A stretch of DNA of 64,000 nt from Eledone cirrhosa (GCA_964016885.1 OZ024748.1:45012001-45076000); one strand, 5' to 3'; shown: positions 37,059 through 52,824, numbered from the stretch's first letter. A program made the numbers and translations. The notes: generated by a model not told the origin, from the sequence alone.

Positions 37059-38073
37059 TAATATAGATCTGTTTTATAAATAAATATTGACATACCCTTA
37101 AAGAATGCAACCATTTCTGTTGGAAGCTCCCGGATAGTGGAGTTGTAGCTTAATTATATTATTATTAGTATTGGATATTTTTATTTTTAAAATAAACCGT
37201 TGGGTTACGGAGAAAAAATAGAGAAGGGAGAGAAAGAAAGAGAGAAAGAAGGAGAGAGAGAGAGAGAGAGAAAGAGAAAGACCAGAAAGAACAGAGAAAG
37301 AAAGATAGAAAGAGAGAGAGGAGACAGAGAAAAAAAAGGGGGGGGGGGGGCGGAGAACAAAAAACTCTAAGTCATATCTTGTTGAGTTAACTTAACAATT
37401 GAGATGAAATGAATAAATAAAATTAGAAATGTTAATAATCATGAATGGAATATACATATATAATATGAGAAATTTAACCATTGTTTAAATATGATTAGAT
37501 GTTTAGTTAATCATTTAAATATTGAGATCAATATATTAAAAATTGGGATCTATATATTAAGAAATCCATATATTATTAAAGATCTCTATATTATATAACA
37601 CGTATACACACGCAAAAATACATACATATAAATATATATACACACTTATAAAATACACATACATATCTAATTACGTATATAATATATACACACAAAACAT
37701 AAACGATTCTTTAATTTAATTTACGATATAGGAATCTTATAAAATATTATAATTGTTAAGATATTAAAGGAAATTTTATGTTATACACACTTTACGTTAT
37801 TAAACAAATTTTTTTTTATATAAGTTTTATAAGATTACCTGTTATGTATTTATGGCTGTTATTATATGTCTATCTGTCACGAATCTTGGGATAATCACTA
37901 TACATAAGTGCAATCGAATTGTATGGATATACATTGTATGGATTTAAAAATAAAAATATCCAATAATAATAATATAATTAAAGCTACAACTCCACTATCC
38001 GGGAGCTTCCAACAGCAATGGTTGCATTCTTTAAGGGTATGTCAATATTTATTTATAAAACTGACCTATATTA

Positions 38074-38138
38074 TATTTTATCTGATGAAAGCACATCATA
38101 ATTTAACTTGGTGTCCTTGAAATATGTATAATGAAATA
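38074..38138 (+). ncRNA. Minimal type-I hammerhead ribozyme
   Basis: TATTTTAT-CTGATGA-AAGCACATCA..TGGTGTCCTT-GAAA-TATGT-ATA-ATGAAATA. Confidence 0.78.
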
Positions 38139-38515
38139 AATATGGTTGTCGAAATAAATATGGTTTTATAAATATAGTTTCCATTTGTTAATATCGTATT
38201 TTTACTCCAAATATTTGTTGAGTGCTTTATATCAGTTATAAAAATATTTGCCTTTTGTATCCCAACAATTTAAATAGAACTTTTACATATATATATATAT
38301 ATATATATATGTAGGAGGTGAGTTTTATTGTAGTACAATAAAGCAATGCAGATATCGGATAAGAAGCGCTCTACAGTTTGTAGGACTGGAGTATACATAA
38401 TATATAAGAACAAAAGATGGTTAAAAGAGTTCCATGTATTTTATTATGCGCATTATATGTTGATTTAAAACTGCACTATCCACAAGTGTCTTTTAACCTT
38501 CATATCATGTCTACC

Positions 38516-38586
38516 TGTTTTATCTGATGAAAACACAAATATTATTGCATGATGATATTTGTTTTTGAAATGAGCATAATAAAATA
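38516..38586 (+). ncRNA. Type-I hammerhead ribozyme with long stem II
   Basis: TGTTTTAT-CTGATGA-AAACACAAATATTAT..ATGATATTTGTTTTT-GAAA-TGAGC-ATA-ATAAAATA; inverted partial copy at 38398-38454 has palindromic ATGCGCAT. Confidence 0.8.
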
Positions 38587-38616
38587 CATGGAACTCTTTT
38601 AACCATCTTTTGTTCT

Positions 38617-38701
<85 letters not shown>

Positions 38702-39247
38702 CATACACACACACATATATATATACATCTCTTAATCACACTCTCTCTACACACACATACCTATATCTATCTATCTATCTTTCTATCTATATAGGTAGGA
38801 ATTCATTTGATAAACTCCCTGAACTGAAATATATAAATATGAACGACAGAAATAATAAGAAAGAAAACAATAACAACAACAACAATAAACGAAAAAAAAA
38901 CCCAACAAAACTATAAAAAAATAATCTTGTACGAAAGAAAGATAGAAAGAAAGAAAGAAAGCAGGCAGAAAGAGAAAGAATGAAAGAGAGAAAGGAAGTG
39001 AGAATGTGAAAGGTGAAATTATTAGTGAACATGGAGTCTAGGGAATAACAACAACAGAAACACAATAATAAATATATATAGAAAGACTAGAAAACAGCCT
39101 GAAAACAACAACGGAAAGATACAAAATGGCGCTTGATTAATAGTAAGTTCCATATTTTTGCGCTATTTTTTTCTTTCCTCCATGTTTACTATTATTTCGA
39201 ATGATGACCGAGCTGAAATTTCAGGCTTAATGGCAAATGACAGTCTT

Positions 39248-40030
39248 ACTGTTGCTGTTGTTGTAGTTACAGTTGTTGTTGTAGTTACAGTTGTTGTTGT
39301 AGTTACAGTTGCTGTTGTTGTAGTTACAGTTGTTGTTGTAGTTACAGTTGTTGTTGCAGTTACAGTTGCTGTTGTTGTAGATACAGTTGTTGTTGTAGTT
39401 ACAGTTGTTGTTGTTGTAGTTACAGTTGTTGTTGTTACTGTTGGTGTTTTTGTTGTTGTTGTTGTTGTTACTTTTGTTACTGTTGTTACTGTTGTTATAG
39501 TTGTTATAGTTGGTGGTGGTGTCGTTGTTGGTGTTACTGTTGTTGTTGTTACTGTTGATGTTGTTACTGTTGATATTGTTGTTGTTGTTACTGTTGTTGT
39601 TGGTGTTGTTGTTGTTGTTACTGTTGTTGTTGGTGTTGTTGTTGTTGTTGTTACTGTTGTTGTTACTGTTGTTGTTGTCGTTGGTGTTGTTGTTGTTGTT
39701 GTAGTTGTTACTGTTGTTGTTGTTACTGTTGATGTTGTTACTGTTGATATTGTTGTTGTTACTGTTGTTGTTGGTGTTGTTGTTGTTGTTACTATTGTTG
39801 TTGTCGTTGGTGGTCTTGTTGATGTTGTAGTTGTTGTTACTGTTGTTGTTGTTATTGTTACTGTTACTGTTGTTGTTGTTGTCGTTGTTGTTGTTGCTAC
39901 TGTTGTAATCATACTTGCTGTTGTTATTGTTGTTGTTACAGCTTCCGTTGTTGCTGTTGCGATTGTCGCTGTTCTTGCTGTTCTTGCTGTGGATGTTCTT
40001 GTGGTTGTTGCTAGTATTATTGTTGTCGTC
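39248..40030. repeat. (GTT)n-derived low-complexity tract
   Basis: Direct inspection. Confidence 0.93.
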
Positions 40031-40035
40031 TATCT

Positions 40036-40063
40036 GTATGTGCGCCCTTGTGGCTAATAAAAA

Positions 40064-40139
<76 letters not shown>

Positions 40140-40145
40140 AATCTA
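40036..40145 (+). mobile_element. Extreme 3' tip of a Tx1-family element followed by (ATCT)n
   Basis: TGCGCCCTTGTGGCTAATAAAAAT(ATCT)n matches the terminus at 42991-43034. Confidence 0.7.
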
Positions 40146-40318
40146 GCTGTCGTCTGTTCTACAGTGTGGATGTAATTCACTTCGCGCAGAAGTTTTGTTC
40201 AAATTTAATACGGAAATTTTGTGAGTTCAAATTTAATTTTGATACCATTGTGTAGCTTGCCCCCCCCCCCCGTCTGAACTGTCAGACGGTGGGTCAGCTC
40301 ATCTTTACCCCTCCTAGA

Positions 40319-42374
40319 GCTTGTCGTGGGTGGCCTGGTGGGGGATGCGCCGACATGTGCTATCCCATCCAGGTCCATTCACGATAACCTCCACCTCATG
40401 CGATACATCATAGAGAGGGTTGGCAACAAACCCGGCTTCGGTGGGGCCCTGATCAACTTGGATCAGTCTAAGGCCTTCGATAGGGTCGACCATGGCTACC
40501 TGGATGCGGTGCTAGCGGCGGCTGGGTTCGGTCCTGTTTTCAGAGGCTGGATCACTGCCTTACATAGCAACCACATCTGTTTTAGGATCAAGGTGAACGG
40601 CTACCTTTCGAAGCCGTTCGAAATCACACGATCCATTCGACAGGGGTGCCCTCTCTCCTCCCTTCTGTACGTATTGACTCTCGAGCCTTTACTGAGGAAG
40701 TTGGAGTTGTTTCAGGGTATCCCCCTGGAACCAGGATTGAGCAAAGCGGTGTCGGTCTACGCCGATGACGTAACAGTAATGGTATCGACCGACTCGGAGA
40801 TCGAGGCGATCGGTACCTTACTGGAGGATTACGAAAGGTTGTCAGGAGCGAAACTGAACCGGGAAAAATCCATCGTGCTGCAACTCGGAATGTGGAGAGG
40901 CAGACCGATGCCTCCTGACGGTGTCGTCGGACACTGGACGGAGGGCCCGGTAAAGTTGCTTGGGGTCTGGTTTGGACCGGACCTCCAGATGGAAAAGAAC
41001 TGGAACGAGGTTACGAACAAGGTGTTTGCACTAACCCAGAAATGGGCCAAGTGTAAGCTGTCCCTAAAAGGCCGGGCGGAGGTGGCGAACATTTACATAG
41101 CGTCCGTCACTTACTACCGCCTGACTGTCGTGCCTTGCCCTAAGGAAACACTCACCACCATGGAACGCATGCTCTTCCAATTTCTTTGGAAGAAGCGCCC
41201 TCCTATGGTGAGAAGATCCATCTGCTGCCAGCACCCTTCGAAAGGAGGGCTGGGTATGCCGTGGCTGTTGATGCGTAGGCACGCATTGAGGCTACGGCAT
41301 CTACAGGTATTCCTCACTGGTCAGCCGGTGTGGGCCCCGTTTGTGAGGCGAGCCTTCCCACAGCTCGTCTCGCTCACCGAACTGCAATCCTGGGTGAAGC
41401 AAAGACCGAGAAAACTGGGCAACTGGCACACCGAGTGTGCCCAGGCGCTCACGGCTATCTGGCAAGCGGACCCGACTGTCAGTGGAGAATCCACCTCGAC
41501 ATTCTATAGAGGGTTGGTGGCTAGCAGGGGCGACGACACCCTTGGAGAGTCGCTAGGCATGGAGGAGGACGAACTGGCCAGCCTGTTCGGTAGAACTTTC
41601 GGCCCGGGACCCATGGACAACTTCCAGAGGTCCCTAGCCTCGCAGTGTTACCGGGGGGGGGGGGGGGGCTCTGCCCGTTCGAGAAAAGCTCTACAGACAC
41701 GGGCGCCCGGGCAGGGATCCCGCGAAAAAGATCTGTCCCAGATGCGTGCGCGACGAGGAAACCGTTGCGCATGCACTGGTACACTGCCCGGGCGTTGCCG
41801 ATCTGTGGGGCTACGTCGAACGACTGCTGTCGCGTGTGGCGCCGATTCGATTAACCGCCGAGTCTGTGGTGAACATTCAGAAATGAAGCAGAGGCGGTCT
41901 TTCTGTGCATAATAGCCATGATGAAAGAGGTTGTGTGGTGGACGCGCCTGAAAGGTCTGAGGTCGGGTGACTTTCTCTCCGGCCATCACCTGGTTTACTT
42001 CTTCCGATACCACTTCGGAAGAAGGATCAGGATGGAGAGAGAAGTGCTTGGTCCCAGACAGTTTTATGAAAGGTGGGTGAAAGAAGCGAGAATGGCCCGT
42101 GTAAATGGGCCTTCTCTCTACATTGTTCTGTAGGTGAAGAAGTGAAGAGGAAAGGGGGAGCGCCTCCTCTCTGGGCTTCCCCCGCGAAAAGAGTTGCACA
42201 CTTTTCGGGGGTATGTGCAATCCCCAACACGCCCCCTCCCTTTTGAGGACTTTTTATTGTTATATTATTATTGTTATTCCTTTTTTCTTTACTCGATTTA
42301 TGTAAACTCCCCCACTGTGTAAATGTCCCCTTCTTTTGTGCCCTCGTGGCAAATAAATAGAAATTTATCTATCT
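40319..42374 (+). mobile_element. 5'-truncated, decayed Tx1-like LINE of a sister subfamily
   Basis: RT ORF 40326-41650 closely similar to ORF2p; poly-G frameshift near 41653; small deletion near 41873; ends GTGGCAAATAAATAGAAATTTATCTATCT. Confidence 0.93.
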
Positions 42375-43034
42375 GTCCGAGATGCGTGCGACACGAAGAA
42401 AGCGTCGCGCACGAATTCATACACTGCCCGGGCGTTACCGACCTGTGGGGCTATGTAGAACGACTATTGTCGCGGGTGGGACCAATCCGGTTGACCACCG
42501 AGTCCATTGTCATGATCAAACCGCCACCCTCCTTCAAAAACGAAGGAGAGGCGGTTTTCCTTTGTGTGATAGCTATGGCGAAAGAGGTTGTATGGTGAAC
42601 GAGATTGAGAGGACTGAGGATAGATGCCTTTCTCTCCGGACAACAATTGATTCCCTTCTTTAAGTATCACTTTAGAAGGAGAATCAGAGGTGGAGAGAGA
42701 GGCACTGCACCCCAGTAAATTTACTGAAAGGTGGGTGAATGGCCCGAATGATTGGGCCTTCTCTGTTTATAAGCCTGTAGGCTGAAGAAGACAGCAAAAG
42801 GAAGAAAGGAGCATTTGCAAAACACGCTCCTGGAGTTGAGGGTTGTTTTATCGACGGAGTATTAAACAACCCATTTGTGGCGCTTCCCCCCTATTGGGCA
42901 TTTCGATTGTTGTAATTGTTTGTTTTTATATTTTTTACACGACTGTATGTAAAATCCCCGGCATGTCTTTGTATTGTCCCCTTTTCTTGTTGCGCCCTTG
43001 TGGCTAATAAAGAAATCTATCTATCTATCTATCT
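42371..43034 (+). mobile_element. Tx1-family 3' fragment of a third subfamily
   Basis: ICPRCVRHEESVAHEFIHC..VIAMAKEVVW; ends GTGGCTAATAAAGAA(ATCT)n. Confidence 0.9.
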
Positions 43035-43379
43035 GTTTGTCTACCTGTGGAATAACAAATGTAGAGTGCAGTTGATACAAATATACAAACGAAAATCAAC
43101 AAAGGCAAAACAACAACAACAACAAACAAACAAACACAGAAGCAGACATAATGATATCTAGAATAACTGATACAAATTTGAACAAGAAAATATTGACTCG
43201 AGTCATGTTCGTTGTCGTTCTTCAGGAGGAGAGAATATAATTATTATAGTTATTATCCAAAAATATATGCAGCGAAAAGTCTAGTCTGCATTTGACTGTA
43301 AAAAATGCTCCTGGCGTTGAACAAATAAATGTCACTCAGCAGACGCTACATGGACACAGAGCGGAAGTCCATTATCACT

Positions 43380-43541
43380 ATTCTTCTTCTTCTTCTTCTT
43401 CTTCTTCTTCTTCTTCTTCTTCTTCTTCTTCTTCTTCTTCTTCTTCTTCTTCTTCTTCTTCTTCTTTTTCTTCTTCTTCTTCTTCTTCTTCTTCTTCTTC
43501 TTCTTCTTCTTCTTCTTCTTCTTCTTCTTCTTCTTCTTCTC
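43380..43541. repeat. (TTC)n microsatellite (another at 22413-22482)
   Basis: Direct inspection. Confidence 0.97.
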
Positions 43542-43628
43542 AAAGTAATGTTATCATATATAGGAAAAAATTATAATATAACCTCATTCAAAGTGATATA
43601 CATATATTAGCACAAACATATATGATAA

Positions 43629-43688
<60 letters not shown>

Positions 43689-43699
43689 ACTGTATATGT

Positions 43700-43734
<35 letters not shown>

Positions 43735-43786
43735 CATATACAGTGTTTATATATATATATATAATACATATAGAGTGTTTATCTAA

Positions 43787-43893
<107 letters not shown>

Positions 43894-44084
43894 CATATAT
43901 ATATATGTATATATATACATATATATATATGTATATATATACATATATATATATGTATATATATACATATATATATATGTATATATATACATATATATAT
44001 ATATGTATATATATACATATATATATATGTATATATATACATATATATATATATGTATATATATATACATATATATATATGTAT

Positions 44085-44136
<52 letters not shown>

Positions 44137-44489
44137 AAATATATGTATGTATATATATAAATGTATGCATGAATTTGAATTTATATACATATATATTTGT
44201 ATGGATGTATACACACTCACACACGTATATATATATATATATAAATATATATAAACATTTGTATGTGTGTGTGTATAAAACTACTTTTATGTGTGTGTAT
44301 ATAAAATTAGTTTTTGCGAAGGGAACAATGAAATATATCTCAACAGTTCAATGGTGTAAGAGAGAGGTATACAGTCTTGATGAAGGGAAATAACCCAGAA
44401 ACATGTTGAATGATCCTCGATGCTACTGTTGAAAAACGGATGCCGATGGTCATCAAAAACAAAACATAGCATAATGAGGCCGTTTGCTT

Positions 44490-44828
44490 GCACAGACACC
44501 ATGCTTTGCAGCATAGAATTATGGCCCTTTGCGTTCTGAGTTCATATCCCGCCGATGTTAACTTTGCCTTTCATCCTTATGGGGTCGATAAAATACAGCA
44601 CCAGTAATGCATTGGGGGTAATTGCTGGTCTTGTGCCAAAAGTAGAAACAATCATTATTCAGTTTCGGTTGAGGGTCGGACACGATGCATTGCAGCCAAG
44701 AGTTACGGCCCTTTATGATCTGGTTTCAAATCCCGCCGAGGTTAACTTTGCCTTTCATATTTATGGGGTCGATAAAATAAAGTACCAGTAATGTACTGGG
44801 ATAATTGCTGGCCGTGTGCCAATTATTA
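44490..44828 (+). mobile_element. Two tandem SINE copies
   Basis: Family core at 44535-44655 and 44670-44825. Confidence 0.82.
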
Positions 44829-45494
44829 TTCAATACAACCCATAATTACATTTATGAAATCCTCTATTTTAGAGCAGAAAATCAAATTCTAATTTAAAAA
44901 AAATATATATATCTCATTTTCTTTATAAAAGCTGTAGGTTCATATAGAATTAATTCACCTTAGTATTCTCTCTCTCTCCCCTTTCACTACACACGTTTCT
45001 ATCACCTCACCTCTTGTGTACGTATTTTCTGTCGAAAATGTTTAACACTCCCTCTCAGCGTTCTATCCTGTACTATTTTCATAGCTGTTGTTATATTTTC
45101 ACGGTAGTAAGGTCCTCTTTCTAAATTTAATTATAAATTCTAATGTTTAATTCATGTACATGCCACTCGAAAGCCGATCTCGTTCGTTCACCTCCGCCTT
45201 CGCCTAGCTTTCATTGTATTTTCTGTCTGTCCGTTTGCCTATATGTCTACAGAGTTGTCTTGTAACGTCTAGAATGAATCTCGTCCACGAGGTGTGAATC
45301 CCCCCCCCCCCACTCTACCATCAATCTACTGGCTATCACCCATATTTAGTTGAAATCACTGTCTATTTCAGTTTAGCCGCCGAGGAGCGAAAAATACTTT
45401 ATTTATTCGTGTCTCTCGTGCAGATGTTTTCGTTACATACGCACATACACATTCACATATACACACATACACACACACACAACTATATATATAT

Positions 45495-45531
<37 letters not shown>

Positions 45532-45535
45532 TATA

Positions 45536-45597
<62 letters not shown>

Positions 45598-45708
45598 GTA
45601 TATATATATATATATACATACATATATTATATACACATGATATATATACACATATATAATATAATATATAATATATATGTATATATACATATATATATGA
45701 TATGTTGT

Positions 45709-45876
<168 letters not shown>

Positions 45877-45967
45877 GAACACACTGTAATCACCAAGAGG
45901 TATTTTGTTCGATTCAAAAACGATTCTACCAATCACATCCGTCATGGGAACGAATATATGTGTATCA

Positions 45968-46011
<44 letters not shown>

Positions 46012-46236
46012 TTATATACGGCTATATATATATATATATATATAATTAGTAAATTTGTATTCCAATGTTACTAAGTAGTTGCATTGGATGGAGTCAACTG
46101 ACGTCAGAGATTGCTCAACGTCTAATAAAGTGTGTTTTAAAATCCGGAGAAAATATGGAGAAGTTTATGAAATGGAAATGCGGGTATAAAATAAATTCTT
46201 TATACCCGCATTTCCATTTCATAAACTTCTTCTCCA

Positions 46237-46322
<86 letters not shown>

Positions 46323-46332
46323 TATATATATA

Positions 46333-46783
46333 TGTCAACTCTGGATGTCGGTGAGCATGTCCAGCCAACCTCAGTCTCCTCTGTGTCACTTTTGAGCTGA
46401 CTTTTGGGATGCTCCCATACAGTTCTGAGTTTTTCATCCTCAGTGTATACTGATTAATGTTCAGAGCCACCCTCAGCATTCTCGTGTAGCACCCATCCAC
46501 CATCTGAGTGAGTCTCTTGGTCAGTGTCCAAGTCTCAGACCCATACAGCAGCACAGACTCCACTACAGCAATGAAGAGGCGGATTTTCAGTTGACATTGC
46601 ACTCAGTGCTCCTTTGGGAGCCCCTACACGGACACACTAGAAGAGGAAGACCAAGGTTAACATATGTTGATGTCCTAAGGACAGACACTGGTCTGTTGGA
46701 GATGCAGGATATGGCAGCGATAATGAGGGACAGAGACCGCTGGAGAGAACTCGTCCATGGATCTCGGGAATTTTACCCGCCTT

Positions 46784-46785
<2 letters not shown>
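46333..46785. mobile_element. RTE-clade LINE 3' end with 5' inversion
   Basis: Minus part: [47 protein letters not shown]; plus part resumes [30 protein letters not shown]. Confidence 0.9.
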
Positions 46786-46831
<46 letters not shown>

Positions 46832-46914
46832 ATGTGTGTATATATGTTTATATATACACACACACAGACACATACACATACATATATAAATATATACATA
46901 TATGTGTATATATA

Positions 46915-47135
<221 letters not shown>

Positions 47136-47279
47136 AAACTGACATTCACACCGTCAGTTAATACAAAGAAATTGAAAAATAACCTGCATCTTCACAAAAA
47201 TAACAATAAAAAAATAGTAAAAGTTATAATAAAAACAAAAGGAGTCATTAGAGAACGGAATAATTAACGGAGCGACGTC

Positions 47280-47484
47280 ATTAACAACAACAACAATGAC
47301 ATCAACAACAACAACAAGAACGACAACAACAACAATAGCAATAACATCAACAACAACGATAACAACATCAACAACAACAACACAGGTTTCAATAACAACA
47401 ACACAATAACGACAATAACAACAACAACAACAACACAGGTTTTAATAACAACAACAACACAGGTTTTAATAACAACAACACAAT

Positions 47485-47524
<40 letters not shown>

Positions 47525-47965
47525 CAACAACAACAACACAGGTTTTAATAACAACAACACAATAACAACAACACAATAACGACAATAACAACAACAACAA
47601 CAACAACAACAACACAACAACAACACAGGTTTTAATAACAACAACAACACAAGTAACGATAATAACAATAACAATTATAATGATGATGATGATGATGGTG
47701 GTGATGGTGGTGATGGTGAGGATGATGGTGATGGTGGTGATGATGATGGTGATGGTGATGATGATGATGGTGATGGTGATGATGATGGTGGTGATGATGT
47801 TGATGATGATGATGATGATGGTGATGGTGGTGATGATGATGATGATGATGGTGATGGTGATGATGGAGATGGTGATGGTGGTGATGGTGATGATGATGAT
47901 GGAGATGGTGATGATGGAGATGGAGATGGTGATGATGATGATGGTGGTGATGGAGATGGTGATAA
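47280..47965. repeat. (AAC)n then (GAT/GGT)n low-complexity tracts
   Basis: Direct inspection. Confidence 0.93.
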
Positions 47966-48092
47966 TAAAAACAAGAAGCAGAATTTAATGATGAAAACCA
48001 GGAATGAATGAAATGAATTACCAATTAGGAAGTTAATGAATAGAGTAAAATATAAACAACAATTAGGGTATATAAAATAGACGTAGCAACAG

Positions 48093-48144
<52 letters not shown>

Positions 48145-48263
48145 CTGTTGCTACGTCTATTTTATATATATATATCTGATTCATCTGAATTATTGAGCCC
48201 TCTGCCGCTCATATCGAATCTCGTTTATCGTGAACTCGCGCGCCGATTTTTCGATACTCGATC

Positions 48264-48313
<50 letters not shown>

Positions 48314-48349
48314 CTCTCTTATATATATATATATATATATACATCTATA

Positions 48350-48449
<100 letters not shown>

Positions 48450-48451
48450 TA

Positions 48452-48539
<88 letters not shown>

Positions 48540-48586
48540 CATCTATCTATCTATCTATCTATATATATATATATATATATATATAA

Positions 48587-49311
<725 letters not shown>

Positions 49312-49327
49312 TATATATAAATAAATA

Positions 49328-49374
<47 letters not shown>

Positions 49375-49444
49375 CTGTAACATACTTACGTGCATGCATA
49401 TATATATATAAATATATAAACACAAACATGCACACACATACACA

Positions 49445-49517
<73 letters not shown>

Positions 49518-49701
49518 GCGCGCGCAAATATATATATATAGATGTATATATATATTTTCCATTTATCTGAGGGTTCTAAACCCCATTATCAGGCTAAAAT
49601 TTCTTTAGTCAAAAATACGGTGAAAGCTATTCTATTTTCTAATTTCAAACCTGCTCACTGTTTCAAAACATACTTACTTCTCATATATATATATATATAT
49701 A

Positions 49702-50220
49702 TACTAGCAGAGGTACCTGGCGTTGCTTGGGTATTAAATAGCAGTTATGAATACCATTTATGTCAATACTTCAGTGCTGCTTCGAAAACTATACTTTTAC
49801 AAAATCATCGGCTTTTTCCAAAAGAGGGTTCCTGCCCTAGGGGTCCCCTACTCAATATCTGCCAATTCTGAGAGTTCACATTCATCTGTAGAACAAACGT
49901 TGCCCATGTGTCAAGTTTTGTGAAAATCGGTTGCGAACTCCAGAAGTTATGACGTTTTTTTTCATTGCACTGCAGAGCTTCAGTCGACTCTAATAAAGCG
50001 GTTATCTGCCCAGAGGCCCTATAATCAATATCTGGAAAAATGAAAGTGCCCATGACCATCCGGAATACATAAGTAACCTGTCTTAAGTTTGGTGAAAATA
50101 CTGTAGAAATGTATAAGGTCTACAGACACACACGCGCGCGTGTGTGTATGTGTGTGCGTGTATGTATTTGTGTGTGCGTATGTATATGCATGTGTATGTC
50201 CGTCGGCGCATACGTATGTA
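49702..50220 (+). mobile_element. Possible non-autonomous Helitron/Helentron-associated element
   Basis: Starts TACTAGCAGAGGTACCTGGCGTTGCTTGGGT; repeated AAGTTT(T/G)GTGAAAAT motifs and ACAGACAC; similar start TACTAGCTGGCCCG at 18387. Confidence 0.35.
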
Positions 50221-50369
50221 CTGGCCTAAATCTTCACTATTTACTTTTACTATTTTAATAACATCTGTCATTTTCGTTTTCAATTTTATTTACATCATTC
50301 TTAAACTCCGGGGCTGGAAATCATTCGGTTATTTTAAATAGAATATTAGTCTAACAACTCCATTTATAC

Positions 50370-50971
50370 CGTAAACTTGCTCTCGTCTTTGCATGAACTT
50401 GTTCTTCACGGTCCACATAACGACGTATTATCCACGCTTTTTTTCGTTCATTGCCGGGGAACGTCTTCACGAACCAAAATATCGTTTTCCTGTTTTCCTT
50501 CGGTTGCAACGTTTCTCGAAATATTTACTTCTGCGTTCACAGATTAAATTACGCGCAAAGACACAACCACGTTTATGGTATAAAAGAAGTCGTAGACTAA
50601 TGTTCTCTTAGGTGGTTCATAGAGACGTTCTCTGGCAATATCTTCGTTATTTCCGTTCATTGCCAGAGAACGTCTATATGAACCACCTAAGAGAACATTA
50701 ATCTACGACCTCTTTTATACCATAAACGTGGTTCTGTCTTTGCGCGTAATTGTTTTTCACCGCTCCTATTAATGACGTATTATATTCGTTTTTTCCCGTT
50801 CTTTGCCAGGGAACGTTTCCACGAACCAAAGTATCGTCTTCCTGTCTTCCTCCGGTTGCAACGTTTTTTTAAATATCCACTTCTGCGTTTACAGATTGAC
50901 TTTGTTAGTTTCAAAATATCCCGTTAAGGGCGAAAGCAGCAGCGATTCTTTGCTTAAATTTTAATCTTTTA

Positions 50972-50980
<9 letters not shown>
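50370..50980 (+). mobile_element. Solo copy of the PLE 3' repeat (family of 5520-5940)
   Basis: 50640-50980 nearly identical to 5610-5940. Confidence 0.8.
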
Positions 50981-51053
<73 letters not shown>

Positions 51054-51070
51054 GCATTGTGTAATGAGGT

Positions 51071-51660
51071 ATAAACGTTTGTATATGTATAATTGTTTCT
51101 ACTTTAGGCACAAGGCCAGCAATTACCCAGTGCATTACTGGTACTTTATTTTATCGACCCTGTAAGGATGAAAGGCAAAGTCAACCTCGGCGGGATTTGA
51201 ACTCAGATCATAAAGGGACGTAACTATGCTGGAAAGCATGGCGTCCGACCCTCTACCGATACTGCCAATCCACCGTTTGTATATGTATAATAAAGCCAAA
51301 ACAATGCAGGTATGGACATAGAATAAAGAATGCAAATGCAAAAGATATTGTTGCCAATTAGTCTTTTACCTTAGATTTATTTAAATGTCCTTAATTTTCG
51401 AGATAATATCTCTTCTTCGGAGGGAAGTAAAGCGGTTAAACCAGTGTTCTAAATAGCTTGCCAAGTCATGCTGACAGGAAATGGTATAGAGTATCTGTTC
51501 TATCTCTGATGTCAAAGAGTTAAGGTTAGGTGGATAAAGAGTAGTCTCCCTTTAAAAGGTTTCTTTTTTGTTTTTTGTAGATGCCTGTTTAAGTGTGTGG
51601 AAGAATGCATGAAGGTGTAAGTATGTGAGTGTTGTTGAATTAACAACAAATTAAATATCT

Positions 51661-51730
<70 letters not shown>

Positions 51731-52076
51731 CACCTTCATGCATTCTCCCACACACTTAAACATGCATCTACAAAAAAACAAACAAAAAAAACCATTTAAA
51801 GGGAGACTACTCTTTATCCACCTAACTTTAACTCTTTGACATTAGAGATAGAACAGATACTCTATACCATTTCCTGTCAGCATGACTTGGCAAGCTATTT
51901 AGAGCACTGGTTTAACCGCTTTACTTCCATCCGAAGAAGAGATATTATCTCGAAAATTAAGGACATTTAAATAAATCTAAGGTAAAAGACTAATTGTCAA
52001 CAATATCTTTTGCATTTGCATTCTTTATTCTATGTCCATACCTGCATTGTTTTGGGTTTATTATACATATACAAAC

Positions 52077-52082
<6 letters not shown>
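51071..52082. mobile_element. About 350-bp inverted repeat around (TA)n, left arm interrupted by a SINE
   Basis: 51274-51625 is the reverse complement of 51725-52076. Confidence 0.85.
51094..51273 (-). mobile_element. Full SINE with 18-bp target-site duplication
   Basis: CGTTTGTATATGTATAAT at 51076-51093 and 51274-51291. Confidence 0.9.
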
Positions 52083-52128
<46 letters not shown>

Positions 52129-52746
52129 AACAAGGGGAAGAAGAATACTGCATGGTTGCACATGGATTACATATTATAAAATTAGTCCCTCATCAGTGAT
52201 TTTGCCAACCATCATTGGTATTTCATCGCATTAAAAGTCAGATACCTCAGGTTGGTGCGAGCAATAACTAAAATAAGCTATTGGGACAAGTGAGTCGCGT
52301 AAAGCGAGTGAGACAAGTAAACAACAGAAGGAAAAGCAAACCGAAGGTTGGAAAAACAGCAAGCCACATGGTAGTTATCCGATCAGCATACGCTGGGTGA
52401 ATTTCATGAGCGGTCAGAGAAGCAGACCGTACGCCGTGAGTGCGGTGTGAGAAAGAAGGAACCCCACTAGTAGCGAATGGGAGGAAGTGAGAAGGGGAGA
52501 AACAGAGAGTGAGTGAGTGGAAGTGCGAGGAAGCGGTCAGTCGAGAGAAAAAGTGTAACTGACAGAGAGGATGAAAGAAGGTAAGAGAAACAGAGAGAAC
52601 GGGGGAGCAGTAAGAGAGAAAAACACATACACAAACACATATATACATACCTACACATATTCACACGCACACACACATACACATATATTCATTAAAACTC
52701 TACTTCTGTATTGAGTAGTATTTTCTCTCAGCCGGCAATCACATAC

Positions 52747-52824
<78 letters not shown>

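Larger units (their letters stand above)
36958..38193. mobile_element. Element with about 200-bp inverted arms, each containing a hammerhead
   Basis: 36958-37160 is the reverse complement of 37975-38193; same family as 27930-28245. Confidence 0.8.
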
